A stretch of 64,000 nt of DNA from Cellulomonas sp. (GCA_036398695.1 DASWOL010000204.1:345-64344), one strand, 5' to 3'. Positions 22,241-32,699 are shown, counted from the first letter of the stretch. A program made the numbers and translations. Notes: generated by a model not told the origin, from the letters alone.

Positions 22241-22953
22241 CCATGCGCCGGCTCGAGGAGGTCATGGGAATCCCGGTGTCCGTCGACGTGCGTCACGTCG
22301 AGACCGACGCGGCCGCGGCCGCGCTCGACGAGGCGTTCGCCGTGATGCGCGCGGCCGACGCCCGCTTCAGCCCGTTCCGCGCGGACAGCGAGCTGGTACG
22401 GCTGGACCGCGGCGAGCTCGCGGACGACGAGCTGAGCGCCGATATGCGCGAGGTGCTGGCCATCGCGGCCCGCGCGCGAGCGGATTCGGGCGGCGTGTTC
22501 GACGTGCGCTCGCCCGAGGGCCGGCTGGACACCAACGGCGTGGTCAAGGGATGGGCCGCCCAGAGAGCGGCCGACGTGCTGGTTGCCGCCGGCCTGCGTG
22601 ACTTCTGCCTCAACGCGGGTGGTGACGTCGTCGCCCGCGGCGAGCCGGAGCCGGGCCGCCCCTGGCAGGTCGCGGTGCGCGATCCTGGCGACCCGGGCGC
22701 GGTGATCGCCGTGCTCGCCGTGCGCGACGCGGCGGTGGCGACGTCCGGCACCTACGAACGGGGTGCGCACGTGTGGGACGGCCGCACCGGCTCGCGGACC
22801 ATGCCGCTGGTCGCGGCGACCGTGGTGGCGGCAGACCTCACCGTGGCGGACGTCCTGGCCACGACGGTGCTGGCGATGGGCGCCGAGGGGCCGGCCTGGG
22901 CCCTGGCGCACGGCGCGGCAGCGGTGCTCGCGGTGCCGAACCAGGAGTCCTGA
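22237..22953 (+). CDS. apbE: FAD:protein FMN transferase (ApbE)
   Basis: 'FSPFRADSE', 'LDTNGVVKGWA', 'NAGGD', 'ATSGTYERGAH', 'ADVLAT'. Confidence 0.92.
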   Translation: MTMRRLEEVMGIPVSVDVRHVETDAAAAALDEAFAVMRAADARFSPFRADSELVRLDRGELADDELSADMREVLAIAARARADSGGVFDVRSPEGRLDTNGVVKGWAAQRAADVLVAAGLRDFCLNAGGDVVARGEPEPGRPWQVAVRDPGDPGAVIAVLAVRDAAVATSGTYERGAHVWDGRTGSRTMPLVAATVVAADLTVADVLATTVLAMGAEGPAWALAHGAAAVLAVPNQES

Positions 22954-23079
22954 GAGCAACCTTCCCGTGGAGTCCGCCGGCGAGCCGGCCGGCCCATCAG
23001 GAGCGATGCGGTTGCGGTGGCCGGTCATGCCACGCCGGGCTACGGTCAAGAGCGTCCCTTTCCCCTGGGAAGGCCTGGC

Positions 23080-23379
23080 ATGAGCGCACTGATGGATCTG
23101 CCGACCGTCACCGAGTGCTCGGTCGCGGGGTGCTCGTACAACGACCATTCGAACTGTCACGCCGGCGCTGTGACGATCGCCGGCACGCCGGGTGACGCCA
23201 GCTGCGCCACCTTCATCCCGCTCGGCGTCAGGGGCGGGCTCGACCGGGTGGTCGCGCACGTGGGCGCGTGCCAGCGGGACGAGTGCACGCACAACTCGGC
23301 ACTGGAGTGCCACGCCCCGGCGGTGCGGATCGGCGCCGGCCACGACCTGGCCGACTGCCTGACCTTCGCACCTCGCTGA
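23080..23379 (+). CDS. DUF1540 Cys-rich protein
   Basis: Two C-x4-C-x(H/Y)N...C.A..V...C.TF repeats. Confidence 0.8.
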   Translation: MSALMDLPTVTECSVAGCSYNDHSNCHAGAVTIAGTPGDASCATFIPLGVRGGLDRVVAHVGACQRDECTHNSALECHAPAVRIGAGHDLADCLTFAPR

Positions 23380-23509
23380 CGCCCCCTGGCTGCGCCGAGT
23401 GGGCCGGCGCGGTCAGGGGTGCCTCGCCCGCGCGCCGCCCGCGCGCGGCCCGAGTAGCGCCGAAGCCCGAGTAGCGCCGAGGTGGCTCCCCAGTGGGGCC
23501 CCGAGTGGG

Positions 23510-24232
23510 TCAGTGGTGCGCCGTCAGGGCGACGAACCTGCGCACCAGGTCGGCCGCCGGCTCGACCAGCTCGCCCTCGCCCGCGACGAGGGCCGGGTCG
23601 GCTCGACGCACCCCGATCGCCTCGTCGAGCGCGGGCACCGGGTCCTCGCCGGCCACGCCGACGAACGCGGCCAGCAGGGCACGCGCGGCCTGCGAGTAGT
23701 CGCCTCCGGCGTCGACCGCGACCTCCGCGAGCACCAGGGCCGTCACCGCGATGTCGAGCGATGCCGTCCCACCGCGCGCCAGCGCCCAGTCCACGAGCAC
23801 CGGCCCGCGGTTCTCGGACAGGATGACGTTGCCCGGGTGCAGGTCGAGGTGCACCACGACACCGTGACCGCCCGGCGCGGGGATGCGGTGCAGCCGGTGG
23901 TGAAGATCGGCGAGGATGCGCGCGCCGCCGTGCAGGTCGACCTCGCCGGCGGCGAGCGCCTGCAGCAGCGTCGGACCGTGCACCCGCTCCATCAGCAGGT
24001 CGGGCCCGCCGAGGTGCCGGACGGTGGGGACGGGGAAGCCGTGCGCCGCGACACGCTGGAGCAGGGCAACCTCGGCCGAGGCGTCACGGCCTTCGCGATA
24101 CCTGCGCAGCACCTGCTCGTCGGACAGGGCGTAGACGTCCGCCGCGAGCCCGGAAGCCAGCAACGGACCGGGCGGCTCGGGCTGCTCGGAGCCGGCCTGC
24201 GAGGGCACACGGGTGTGCGTCGCATGCGGCAT
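23510..24232 (-). CDS. APH/choline kinase-like phosphotransferase
   Basis: 'HLDLHPGNV', 'LVDW'; start uncertain. Confidence 0.85.
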   Translation of the reverse strand: MPHATHTRVPSQAGSEQPEPPGPLLASGLAADVYALSDEQVLRRYREGRDASAEVALLQRVAAHGFPVPTVRHLGGPDLLMERVHGPTLLQALAAGEVDLHGGARILADLHHRLHRIPAPGGHGVVVHLDLHPGNVILSENRGPVLVDWALARGGTASLDIAVTALVLAEVAVDAGGDYSQAARALLAAFVGVAGEDPVPALDEAIGVRRADPALVAGEGELVEPAADLVRRFVALTAHH

Positions 24233-24375
24233 GCCGGGGTCGGCGGGAGCGAGACCGTGGGGAGTCACGAACTCGACGTTAGGCGTCCATCGGCCGTTCG
24301 CCAACCCCTGCGCAAAACTTCTCGCTGACCAGCAGCGGAGCAATGCGCGGTGAACGCGTGGTGAAGTCTTGACTG

Positions 24376-25143
24376 TCAGCGATCGGCGCGAACGAGGCGC
24401 GCCAGAAGCCGCACGGCGTCGTCGTGGGTGTCAGGGAGCCGTTCCGTCCAGGCCCGGACCGGCTGGCGGGTGGTGGCACGTACCTCGGCGGCCGCGCAGC
24501 GCGCGGCCAGGTCGGCACGCAGCAGGTCCAGCTGCCCCTCCACGTCGTCTCCGGGCCGGATCAAGGCGGCGAACATGCCACCGCCCAGCGTCGCCATGGG
24601 GTGCCCGCTGCCGAATGCCGTGGTGAGAGCCGCGCCGGTGGCCGCCGAGCGCGCGGCACGCAGGAACCCGGACACCTCACCGGCCGCGACGTCGACCACG
24701 ACGAGCCGGTGCCCGGACTCCTGCCGGGCGTCGTACGTCTCCCTCAGCCGCAGCTCGAGGTAGGCACGCGTCGGGAGTCCCGTCTCGGGATCGAAGGCCG
24801 ACCCGGCGCCGATACCAGCCGACGAGCCGTCGGCCCAGCCGCCGGACAGTGCCCGGATCGCGTCGAGCGGAGGGACGGCGACGCCCGCCGTGCGGTAGAG
24901 GCACGCCAGGTCGTCGAGCGTCTCGACGATGCCCACGCCGTCGTACCCCCGTGCCCGGCCCAGGTCCTCGGCGGCGGTGCAGGGGTCGGCGTCGTGCAGC
25001 ACGGCCTCCACGAGGACGTCCACGGCAGGGTGGTACCAGTCCGACGGCCGCAGCCAGACGGACTCGACGCTGCTGGCGCGCCAACGGTCGCGCAGCCGCT
25101 CCGGCATGTGCGGGAGAGGGCCGATGTCGGTCGTCACGGGCAA
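24376..25143 (-). CDS. Hypothetical protein with a degenerate GGDEF-like C-terminal region
   Basis: 'DPETGLPTRAYL', 'LVVVD', 'ATLGGGMFAAL' at the GGDEF position. Confidence 0.6.
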   Translation of the reverse strand: MPVTTDIGPLPHMPERLRDRWRASSVESVWLRPSDWYHPAVDVLVEAVLHDADPCTAAEDLGRARGYDGVGIVETLDDLACLYRTAGVAVPPLDAIRALSGGWADGSSAGIGAGSAFDPETGLPTRAYLELRLRETYDARQESGHRLVVVDVAAGEVSGFLRAARSAATGAALTTAFGSGHPMATLGGGMFAALIRPGDDVEGQLDLLRADLAARCAAAEVRATTRQPVRAWTERLPDTHDDAVRLLARLVRADR

Positions 25144-25249
25144 TGAGAGTGCTCCCGAGGCTCACGGTGACGCGGCTCCGCGCCGATTCACCCTCTAGGA
25201 GGAGTGTGAAACACTTGTCCAGGATGATTTCGGACGAATCGGAGGCGGT

Positions 25250-28200
25250 GTGGCGCCCAGCATTGGCACCGGCTCTGACCTGCGCTCCGACGCCGACCTC
25301 ATCGTTGCGGCGCGCTCCGGGGACGCCGGTGCGTTCGGCGTGCTCTACGAACGCCACGCCGGCGCCGCGCTGATCGTCGCACGGCAGTACACGTCCGGGA
25401 CCGCCGAGGCCGAGGACGTGGTCGCCGACGCGTTCGCCGCCGTGTGGTCGGCGCTTCGCGGCGGGTCCGGACCCACCGACGCCTTCCGCGCCTACCTGTT
25501 CACCGTGGTGCGCCGAGCGGCCGCCGTCCAGCGTGACCGGGGCCGGAGGGCCGAGCCCACCGACGACGTCGCCGTGCTCGAGGCCGGCAGCATGGCCGAG
25601 CCCGCCGCGGAGGAGCCGGCGCTCGCCGAGTTCGAGCGCTCCCTCGTGGCCCGTGCCTACGGCAGCCTCCCGGAGCGGTGGCAGGCCGTGCTGTGGCACA
25701 GCGAGGTCGAGGGCAGGACGCCCGCGGAGATCGCGCCGCTGCTGGGCCTGACGGCCAACAGCACCGCAGCGCTCGCGTACCGCGCGCGCGAGGGCCTGCG
25801 CCAGGCGTACCTCCAGCAGCACCTGTCCGACGACCTGCCCGAGACCTGCCGGGCGGTCGCCGGCAAGCTCGGGTCGTACGTGCGCGGCGGCCTCGGTGCG
25901 CGAGACACCGCCCAGGTCGAGTCCCACCTCGAGACCTGCGGCGACTGCCGCGCGCTGGTGCTCGAGCTGCGCGACGTCAACCACGGGCTGCGATCCGTCA
26001 TCGCGCCGCTGGTGCTCGGCATCGCCGGGCTGGGCGCCCTCAGGTTCGTGCTCCCGATGAGCGGCGGCCTGGCGGCCGGTACCGCGAGCCTGGCGTCCGG
26101 TGGTGCTGCCGCCGGGGGTGGCGGCGCGGCCGGCGCGGGAGCCGCGGCGGGCGGTGGTGCGGCCTCCGGCGGCGGGGTGGTCGGCGCGGCGGCCGCCGGC
26201 GTCGGCGCCGTGGGTGCTATCGGTGTCGGGGTGGCGGCCGGTGCGGCCGGAGCCTCTGCGGCCGGTGCGGCCGGAACCTCCGCGGCAGGCGCTGCCGCCG
26301 CATCCGCCGTCGGTGCGGCCGGCGCCTCGGGTGGCGCGGCGGCCGGTGGCCTGTTCGGTGCGATCGGCGGCTTCCTCGCGTCCGTCCCGACGGTGCTCGT
26401 CGCGGGTATCGCGGGAGTCATCGTGATTGCGGGGGCCACGGTCGGTGCGATCGCGCTCAACGGCGGGCACGACGAGCCCGCGGTGGCCAACCCCGGCAAC
26501 GGCTCGACGTCGTCGACCGCGCCGTCGACGCCGGGTGGGAGCGGCTCGCCGACGGGCCCGTCCGGCGTGCTGGCCGACACGGGCGGCGAGCCGACGAGTG
26601 CGCCCGCGTCGTCGGAGGCGTCCGCGGGAGGGTCGTCGTCGGGCGGCTCGGCCGGAGGCACGTCGCAGACGTCCGGCGCTGCCGGTGCCGGGTCGTCGGG
26701 CTCCGGAACCGGGGGTACCAACGGGTCAGGCGGCGGATCCTCCAGCGGTGGCGGCGCGGGCAGTGGCTCGTCGGACGGCGGTTCGACGCCGACCACACCG
26801 CCGGTTGAGCCGACCGCACCGCCCGTGGAGCCCACCGTGCCGCCCGTTGAGCCCACGGCGCCGGCTGTGGAACCCACGGAGCCGGCGACTACCGGCGCAC
26901 CGAACCTCGTCGTCGACACCACCAGCGCGGAGCTCGTCGCGGGAGAGAGCGGCCAGGAGCTCGGCGTCGACCTGACCAACACCGGCACGGGCCCTGCTAC
27001 TCATCTCCAGGCGCAGGTGGATCTGCCGGTCGGAGTCGACCCCGAGACCGTGACGCAGCAGATCGCCGGCCGGTTCGCCGTGCACCTGGCCGCTTCGCCG
27101 TGGAACTGCGCCGTCACCGGCAGCGGCGTCAGCTGCGCGCTTCCTGAGCTGGCCGCGGGCGACACCACCCACCTGTCGTTCCTGGTGAGCGTCGACGAGG
27201 CCTTCGACACCCCGAACGGCGCCGTCACGTGGCACGTCACCGCCGATCAGCTGCCGGACATGGCCCCTTACGCCAGCTCGATCCCCGTGACACCGGCGCC
27301 CGCTCGCCTGGCGTTCGTCGACGCCGACCAGCCGAGCCTGGCGCTGCTGCGCGGCCGCGACGCGATCCTTGCGCTCGGGGTGCGCAACGCGGGAGGGCTC
27401 GCGGTGAGCGCATCGGTGCCGGCGACCGTTGACCTGGCGGTGCCGACCGGCCTGACGGTGACCGCCGCGCCGGACGGCGACTGGACATGCGGGTCGCTGC
27501 CGGGCGGGGACGTGCGCTGCACCGACCCGACCCTCGGTGCGCGCTCGACCTCGACGCTGACACTGAACCTCGCCGTCGGCGCCACCTTCGCCGGCGCGGA
27601 CCCTGCGACGGGCGCGATCGACCTGACCCTGAACCCGGCCGGCAAGGGCACCGCCGCCGTGGCCGCCGTCGACTACACCGTCCGCACACCCGCCCGCCTG
27701 GTGACGTCCAGCGTCCCGACGCAGCTGGCGATGACCCCCGGCGTGGTGGCGCACGCGACGGTCACGGTGAAGAACGTGGGCGACGTCGACGCGGAGGGCG
27801 TCGTCGCCACGCTGTCGCCTCCGGCCGGCGCGGCCTGGGACAGCCGAGTGGTGCCCGGCTGGGCGTGCTTCGGCACCGACGGCGGCGACCTGGTCTGCTC
27901 GCTCGACGAGCTCGCGGCCGGCGCGAGCGCCCCGCTGACGGTCGCGCTCAAGCCCGTGGTGCCGACGCTCCTGGAGCCCGGTGACCTCGTCGTCACCGCG
28001 GCCGCACCCGACGCCGACCCGGCGTCCGTGCTGAAGGTGCCCGCCGTGGCGGACGTGGGGCTGCGCTACCGCGGTGCCGGTGCGCTCGACGTCACCGAGG
28101 TGGGGGCGCCGCTGCTCGGCTGCAGCCAGGACGTGAAGTCCCACTGCTGGGACCAGGACAAGGCCAACGACAACGACTTCGACATGGAGCCGGTCAACCT

Positions 28201-28972
28201 CGCGCCGGCGCCCGGCGAGGTCAGCCTGGTGTCGTCGTCCACCACGCTGACGCTGCCGGAGGGCGTCAAGGCTTCCGACGTGACGTTCGCCGGCCTCTAC
28301 TGGTCGGCGAACAAGGCCCCGGGTGACGGATGGACCACGAACCTCGGTACGGCGCAGCTGCAAGGCCCCGGTGGGGTCTACACGCCCGTGAAGGCCTCGA
28401 GCACACCCACGGTGCAGGACTCCAGCGGTCGCACGTACTACCAGTCGTTCGCCGACGTGACCGAGCAGGTCCAGCAGCTCGGTAGCGGTGCGTGGTCGCT
28501 CGCCGACGCCGCCGCGGCGAAGGGCCGCACCGACACGGACCGGACCTACTACGCCGGCTGGTCGCTGGTCGTCGTCTACCGCGCCGCCACCGTCGCGCCG
28601 ACCACCACGGTCAGCGTGTACGACGGGGCCGCGTGGGTCGCGAGCAACTCGTCGCGCGGCGTCGGCATCGCTACCGGCAAGGGCGCGACCGTCAAGATCG
28701 GCGTGGTGGCCTGGGACGGTGACCGGAACACCACCGGCGACTGCCTCTCGCTCGACGCCACCGCGCTCTCGCCGGGCTGCGGCGACCGCCCGACGTCGCA
28801 GGCCAACACCTTCGACTCGACGGCCACCGGGTGGCCCTACGTCAACTCGCTGGGCGTGGACGCCAAGAGCTTCGACCCGGTGACGGCCAAGGGTGCGACC
28901 AGTGCGCTCACCGCCTCGACCACCGGCGACCAGTATTTGCTCGGGGTCCTGACGACCCGCGTCACGCCGTAG
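25250..28972 (+). CDS. ECF sigma-70 factor fused to zf-HC2 (ZAS), TM helix and a large extracellular beta-rich region
   Basis: Sigma region 2 'AEDVVADAF..FRAYLFTVVR', region 4 'LPERWQAVLW..EIA..LG', HLETCGDC, hydrophobic TM, repeated 'N.G...A' Ig-like units. Confidence 0.88.
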   Translation: MAPSIGTGSDLRSDADLIVAARSGDAGAFGVLYERHAGAALIVARQYTSGTAEAEDVVADAFAAVWSALRGGSGPTDAFRAYLFTVVRRAAAVQRDRGRRAEPTDDVAVLEAGSMAEPAAEEPALAEFERSLVARAYGSLPERWQAVLWHSEVEGRTPAEIAPLLGLTANSTAALAYRAREGLRQAYLQQHLSDDLPETCRAVAGKLGSYVRGGLGARDTAQVESHLETCGDCRALVLELRDVNHGLRSVIAPLVLGIAGLGALRFVLPMSGGLAAGTASLASGGAAAGGGGAAGAGAAAGGGAASGGGVVGAAAAGVGAVGAIGVGVAAGAAGASAAGAAGTSAAGAAAASAVGAAGASGGAAAGGLFGAIGGFLASVPTVLVAGIAGVIVIAGATVGAIALNGGHDEPAVANPGNGSTSSTAPSTPGGSGSPTGPSGVLADTGGEPTSAPASSEASAGGSSSGGSAGGTSQTSGAAGAGSSGSGTGGTNGSGGGSSSGGGAGSGSSDGGSTPTTPPVEPTAPPVEPTVPPVEPTAPAVEPTEPATTGAPNLVVDTTSAELVAGESGQELGVDLTNTGTGPATHLQAQVDLPVGVDPETVTQQIAGRFAVHLAASPWNCAVTGSGVSCALPELAAGDTTHLSFLVSVDEAFDTPNGAVTWHVTADQLPDMAPYASSIPVTPAPARLAFVDADQPSLALLRGRDAILALGVRNAGGLAVSASVPATVDLAVPTGLTVTAAPDGDWTCGSLPGGDVRCTDPTLGARSTSTLTLNLAVGATFAGADPATGAIDLTLNPAGKGTAAVAAVDYTVRTPARLVTSSVPTQLAMTPGVVAHATVTVKNVGDVDAEGVVATLSPPAGAAWDSRVVPGWACFGTDGGDLVCSLDELAAGASAPLTVALKPVVPTLLEPGDLVVTAAAPDADPASVLKVPAVADVGLRYRGAGALDVTEVGAPLLGCSQDVKSHCWDQDKANDNDFDMEPVNLAPAPGEVSLVSSSTTLTLPEGVKASDVTFAGLYWSANKAPGDGWTTNLGTAQLQGPGGVYTPVKASSTPTVQDSSGRTYYQSFADVTEQVQQLGSGAWSLADAAAAKGRTDTDRTYYAGWSLVVVYRAATVAPTTTVSVYDGAAWVASNSSRGVGIATGKGATVKIGVVAWDGDRNTTGDCLSLDATALSPGCGDRPTSQANTFDSTATGWPYVNSLGVDAKSFDPVTAKGATSALTASTTGDQYLLGVLTTRVTP

Positions 28973-29129
28973 TGCCGCCGAGCGACAGCTCGGTCAGCGT
29001 CTCCGCGGTCGGCAGCATCTCCTGAGCCAGATCGCGCAGCATCTCGGCGATCTCCGCAAGCTCGGTCGACGAGACGGTGCGCGCGCCGTCGTCAGGCAGG
29101 CTCACTCGGAGCACGAGGCCAGCGGTCAT
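28962..29129 (-). CDS. Small protein (55 aa), below the ORF-track cutoff
   Basis: ATG..TGA; MTAGLVLRVSLPDDGARTVSSTELAEIAEMLRDLAQEMLPTAETLTELSLGGTTA; host-like codon usage; directly downstream of upp. Confidence 0.55.
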   Translation of the reverse strand: MTAGLVLRVSLPDDGARTVSSTELAEIAEMLRDLAQEMLPTAETLTELSLGGTTA

Positions 29130-29193
29130 GCGGGCATCGTCACATGCGCGGCGCCCCGTTCCCGCGGGTCGTCTCGCGCTGTGGATAACCGGG

Positions 29194-29829
29194 TCAGACC
29201 ACCCCGTAGAGCCGGTCGCCCGCGTCCCCCAGGCCGGGAACGATGTACGCCTTGTCGTTGAGCCGCTCGTCGAGCGCCGCGACCACCACCTGGACGTCCG
29301 GCCGGTCGCCGACGTACGCCTCGACGGTCTTCAGGCCCTCCGGGGCGGCGATGAGGCAGACTGCCGTCACGTCGCGCGCGCCACGCTCGAAGACGTACTC
29401 CATGGCGGCCACCAGCGTGCCGCCGGTGGCGAGCATCGGGTCGAGGATGAACACCTGCCGGCCCGTGAGGTCCTCGGGAAGGCGGTTGGCGTACGTGATC
29501 GCCTCGAGCGTCTCCTCGTCGCGCTTGAGGCCGAGGAACCCGACCTCCGCCGTGGGCAGCAGGCGGGTCATGCCCTCGAGCATGCCCAGCCCGGCGCGCA
29601 GGATCGGGATGACGATCGGGGCCGGGTCGGCCAGCTTGCGTCCGGTGGTCCTGGCCACCGGCGTCTCGATCTCGACGGGGTGGGTGGCGACGTCGCGCGT
29701 GGCCTCGTAGGCCAGCAGCGTCACCAGCTCGTCGACGAGCTGGCGGAACGTGGGCGACGGTGTGTTCACGTCGCGCAGGATGGTGAGCTTGTGGGTGACC
29801 AGGGGGTGATCCGCGACGTGCAGGCGCAT
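29194..29829 (-). CDS. upp: Uracil phosphoribosyltransferase
   Basis: 'PILRAGLGM', '[10 protein letters not shown]', '[15 protein letters not shown]'. Confidence 0.98.
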   Translation of the reverse strand: MRLHVADHPLVTHKLTILRDVNTPSPTFRQLVDELVTLLAYEATRDVATHPVEIETPVARTTGRKLADPAPIVIPILRAGLGMLEGMTRLLPTAEVGFLGLKRDEETLEAITYANRLPEDLTGRQVFILDPMLATGGTLVAAMEYVFERGARDVTAVCLIAAPEGLKTVEAYVGDRPDVQVVVAALDERLNDKAYIVPGLGDAGDRLYGVV

Positions 29830-29882
29830 GGCCGTCAGCCTAGTGGCGCGGGTGCGGCCCCCATCCCGTCCGGCACGGCAGG

Positions 29883-30377
29883 ATGGGCGGCATGGGTCAG
29901 GCCGGCAGACCGGTGCAGCCGGTAGACGCGTGGGCGATGGGCGTGGCGCTCGACGAGGCGCGCCGTGCCGTGCTGACGAGTGACGTGCCGGTGGGGGCCG
30001 TGGTCGTCGCGCCGGGCGCCCACGTGGTGGGCTGGGGCCACAACGCGCGTGAGGACGAGGCCGACCCCACCGCCCACGCCGAGGTGGTGGCGCTGCGCGA
30101 CGCGGCGAAGAACCTCGGCCGCTGGCACCTCGACGAGTGCACGCTCGTGGTCACCCTCGAGCCGTGCCTCATGTGCGCGGGCGCGGCGATCCTCTCCCGC
30201 GTGCACCGGGTGGTGTTCGGCGCCTGGGACGCCAAGGCCGGCGCGGCCGGCTCGCAGTGGGACGTTCTCCGCGACCGCCGGGCGAGGGCGAGCATCGAGG
30301 TGATCGGCGGCGTGCGGGCCGAGGAGTCCGCTCAGCTGCTCCAGCACTTCTTCGAGGAGCACCGGCTCATCGACTGA
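29883..30377 (+). CDS. tadA: tRNA adenosine deaminase
   Basis: 'PTAHAE', '[11 protein letters not shown]'. Confidence 0.93.
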   Translation: MGGMGQAGRPVQPVDAWAMGVALDEARRAVLTSDVPVGAVVVAPGAHVVGWGHNAREDEADPTAHAEVVALRDAAKNLGRWHLDECTLVVTLEPCLMCAGAAILSRVHRVVFGAWDAKAGAAGSQWDVLRDRRARASIEVIGGVRAEESAQLLQHFFEEHRLID

Positions 30378-31251
30378 CCGGCGGGTCCAGCGCCGCCAGC
30401 GGCGCCGGGAGCAGCGCCAGGAGCGCGGCGAGCACCTCCGAGGTGCCGGCGTGCAGGGTGACCGCCGCATAGCGGTCGCCCCTCGTCGTGCCGCGGTTGA
30501 CGATCGCGATGGGCTTGCCTGCCGCGTCCGCGTGCCGCACGAACCGCAGCCCGGACTGCACTGCGAGCGACGAGCCGGCGACGAGCATCGCGTCGGCCTC
30601 GTCCACCAGCGCGTAGGCGGCGGCCACCCGCGCGGGTGGGACCGTCTCGCCGAAGTAGACGATGTCCGGCTTGAGGATGCCGCCGCAGCGGCCGGGACCG
30701 CCGTCCGGGTCCGGTGCCCAGCAGGGCGCGACGACGAAGTCGGAGGTCCGCTCGATCACCGCGTCGGCGTCCGGGGCGATCTCCACGTCGCCCACCTCCC
30801 CGATGGCCTCGACGAAGCCCGGGTTGAGCTCGTCGAGCCGGTCGGCGACCTCGTCGCGCGAGTACCGCGCCCCGCAGCGCAGGCAGCGCACCTCGTCGTA
30901 CCGCCCGTGCAGGTCGATGACGCGCCGGCTGCCGGCGGCCTCGTGGAGCAGGTCCACGTTCTGCGTGATGACACCCACCACGATCCCGCGCCGCTCGAGC
31001 TCGGCCAGCGCGCGGTGCCCGGCGTTGGGGTGCCGGCCGGCGACGTGCCGCCACCCCACCTGGTTGCGGGCCCAGTAGTGCCGGCGGAACCGCTCGTCGC
31101 TCACGAACTGCTGGTACGTCATCGGCGTGCGCTGGGGGGAGTTGGGCCCGCGGTAGTCCGGGATGCCGGAGTCCGTGGAGACGCCGGCCCCGGTGAGGAC
31201 GACGATCCGGTGCCCGGAGAGGAGCCCGACGAGGTCGTCCAGGGTGGCCAT
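30367..31251 (-). CDS. NAD-dependent sirtuin deacylase (class II/SIRT4-like)
   Basis: '[15 protein letters not shown]', 'TQNVD', 'LHG', CxxC...C, 'KPDIVYFGE', 'GSSL'. Confidence 0.93.
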   Translation of the reverse strand: MATLDDLVGLLSGHRIVVLTGAGVSTDSGIPDYRGPNSPQRTPMTYQQFVSDERFRRHYWARNQVGWRHVAGRHPNAGHRALAELERRGIVVGVITQNVDLLHEAAGSRRVIDLHGRYDEVRCLRCGARYSRDEVADRLDELNPGFVEAIGEVGDVEIAPDADAVIERTSDFVVAPCWAPDPDGGPGRCGGILKPDIVYFGETVPPARVAAAYALVDEADAMLVAGSSLAVQSGLRFVRHADAAGKPIAIVNRGTTRGDRYAAVTLHAGTSEVLAALLALLPAPLAALDPPVSR

Positions 31252-31312
31252 GAGTCCACCGTAGGCGGATTCGGTGCGGGGCCTGGCGACCGGGTACCCT
31301 TCTGGGGCGCAT

Positions 31313-31399
31313 GGTGGTGTGTCCGAGCGGCCAAAGGAGCACGCCTCGAAAGCGTGTGTGGGCGAGAGTCCACCGTGGGTTCGAATCCCACCGCCACCG
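31313..31399 (+). tRNA. tRNA-Ser(CGA)
   Basis: GGTGGTG/CGCCACC acceptor stem, CACGC-CTCGAAA-GCGTG anticodon arm, long variable arm, GTTCGAATC. Confidence 0.96.
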
Positions 31400-31409
31400 C
31401 CCTGCCAGC

Positions 31410-31442
31410 ACGGCCCCGGCTCCCCGTGAGTCGGGGCCGTTC
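31410..31442 (+). terminator. Hairpin after the tRNA
   Basis: ACGGCCCCGGCTC-N-GAGTCGGGGCCGT followed by TT. Confidence 0.7.
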
Positions 31443-31595
31443 GCGTGTCCCCTGGCCGTCGTCCGCAGGTGGGTTCCTGTCCATCTGACGGTGGGCCGCT
31501 CGGCGTGCGACGCAGGCCAGGGCGTGCTTACCGTGCTCCCGTCCGCACATCCAGGCCGGGTGTCCCGGCCGGGTCCGCACGATGAGGAGCGCACC

Positions 31596-31958
31596 ATGGC
31601 GCACGGGGACATCACGCACATCGACATCCCGGTCGACGACATCGATGTGGCGAAGTCGTTCTACAGCACCCTGTTCGGCTGGCAGATCTCGGCGCCGCCC
31701 GGCTACGAGGAGTACCCGATGTGGCGGGCGCCGAACCAGATCAGCGGCGGCGGCCTGGCCACGCGGACGCCGGAGTTCACGCAGCCGCGCAGCTACGTCG
31801 AGGTCGACTCCATCGATGCGGCGCTCGCCGCGGTCGAGGGCCTGGGTGGTGCGGTGCTCGCCCCGAAGGCCCCGATCAGCGACACCAGCTGGTTCGCCGT
31901 GGTCCGCGACCCGGCCGGCAACGCGATCGGACTCTACGAGGGCACCACGGAGATGTAG
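31596..31958 (+). CDS. VOC/glyoxalase family protein
   Basis: 'HIDIPVDD..AKSFYSTLFGW', 'RDPAGNAIGL'. Confidence 0.92.
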   Translation: MAHGDITHIDIPVDDIDVAKSFYSTLFGWQISAPPGYEEYPMWRAPNQISGGGLATRTPEFTQPRSYVEVDSIDAALAAVEGLGGAVLAPKAPISDTSWFAVVRDPAGNAIGLYEGTTEM

Positions 31959-32014
31959 CCGCTCGTCGGGTGCGCCCGGATGGCGCGGCGGCGCCGTCCC
32001 AGGAGCGGCGACAG

Positions 32015-32647
32015 CTAACCGAACAGCGGGAGCAGCAGCGGCTCGAGGCGCTCCGGCCAGTCCGGCGCGTCATAGACGCGCTCTGGCACCAGGTACCGGC
32101 CCGGCTGCGCCGGACGGATGTCGTCGTCGCGCACGGGCAGGACGAGCAGCTCGACGACGAACGGCGGCGCGGTACGGCCCAGCCGGCGCTCGAGATCCTT
32201 GACGACGCGCCCGTCCCGGTAGTCGCCCGCGCCCTGCAGCCGCAGGCCTGCCGCCTTGCGAGCGTTGTGCCAGGTGTGGAACTCGCCGGCTTGAGCCTGG
32301 GCCACAACCGCAAGCTCCGGCCAGGGGGCCAGGGCCGCGTCGGCCTGCACGGGGTGTTGTGGGGCGGCCTCGTACGCCCGGCGGACCGCGCCGCGCTCCG
32401 CAGCCGAAGGCTCGTGGTCCGAGCGGGTGACGATCGCCGCCCACCAGGCGCGCCACCCTTCCGCGGCGGCCGCGGGGTCGGCCAGGGGCCTGACCGGCTC
32501 GGGCGGCGCGTCGTCCAACGGGCCGGGCACCATCCCCCCGGCCGGGACGTCGATGTCCTCGGCCGCACGCAGCCACAGCGCATGGTCGGTGAGGGTGTCC
32601 CAGCGATCGATGCTCATCCGCCACGACAGCGTTCCGGAGAACCTCAC
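32015..32647 (-). CDS. Hypothetical protein
   Basis: Coding-like frame 'MSIDRWDTLTDHALWLR...'; start uncertain (32647 GTG or 32617 ATG). Confidence 0.6.
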   Translation of the reverse strand: MRFSGTLSWRMSIDRWDTLTDHALWLRAAEDIDVPAGGMVPGPLDDAPPEPVRPLADPAAAAEGWRAWWAAIVTRSDHEPSAAERGAVRRAYEAAPQHPVQADAALAPWPELAVVAQAQAGEFHTWHNARKAAGLRLQGAGDYRDGRVVKDLERRLGRTAPPFVVELLVLPVRDDDIRPAQPGRYLVPERVYDAPDWPERLEPLLLPLFG

Positions 32648-32699
32648 GTCTCGAGGGTTCCGCGGGGGCGGCCGAACGGCAACCGACCTCGGAGCGACG

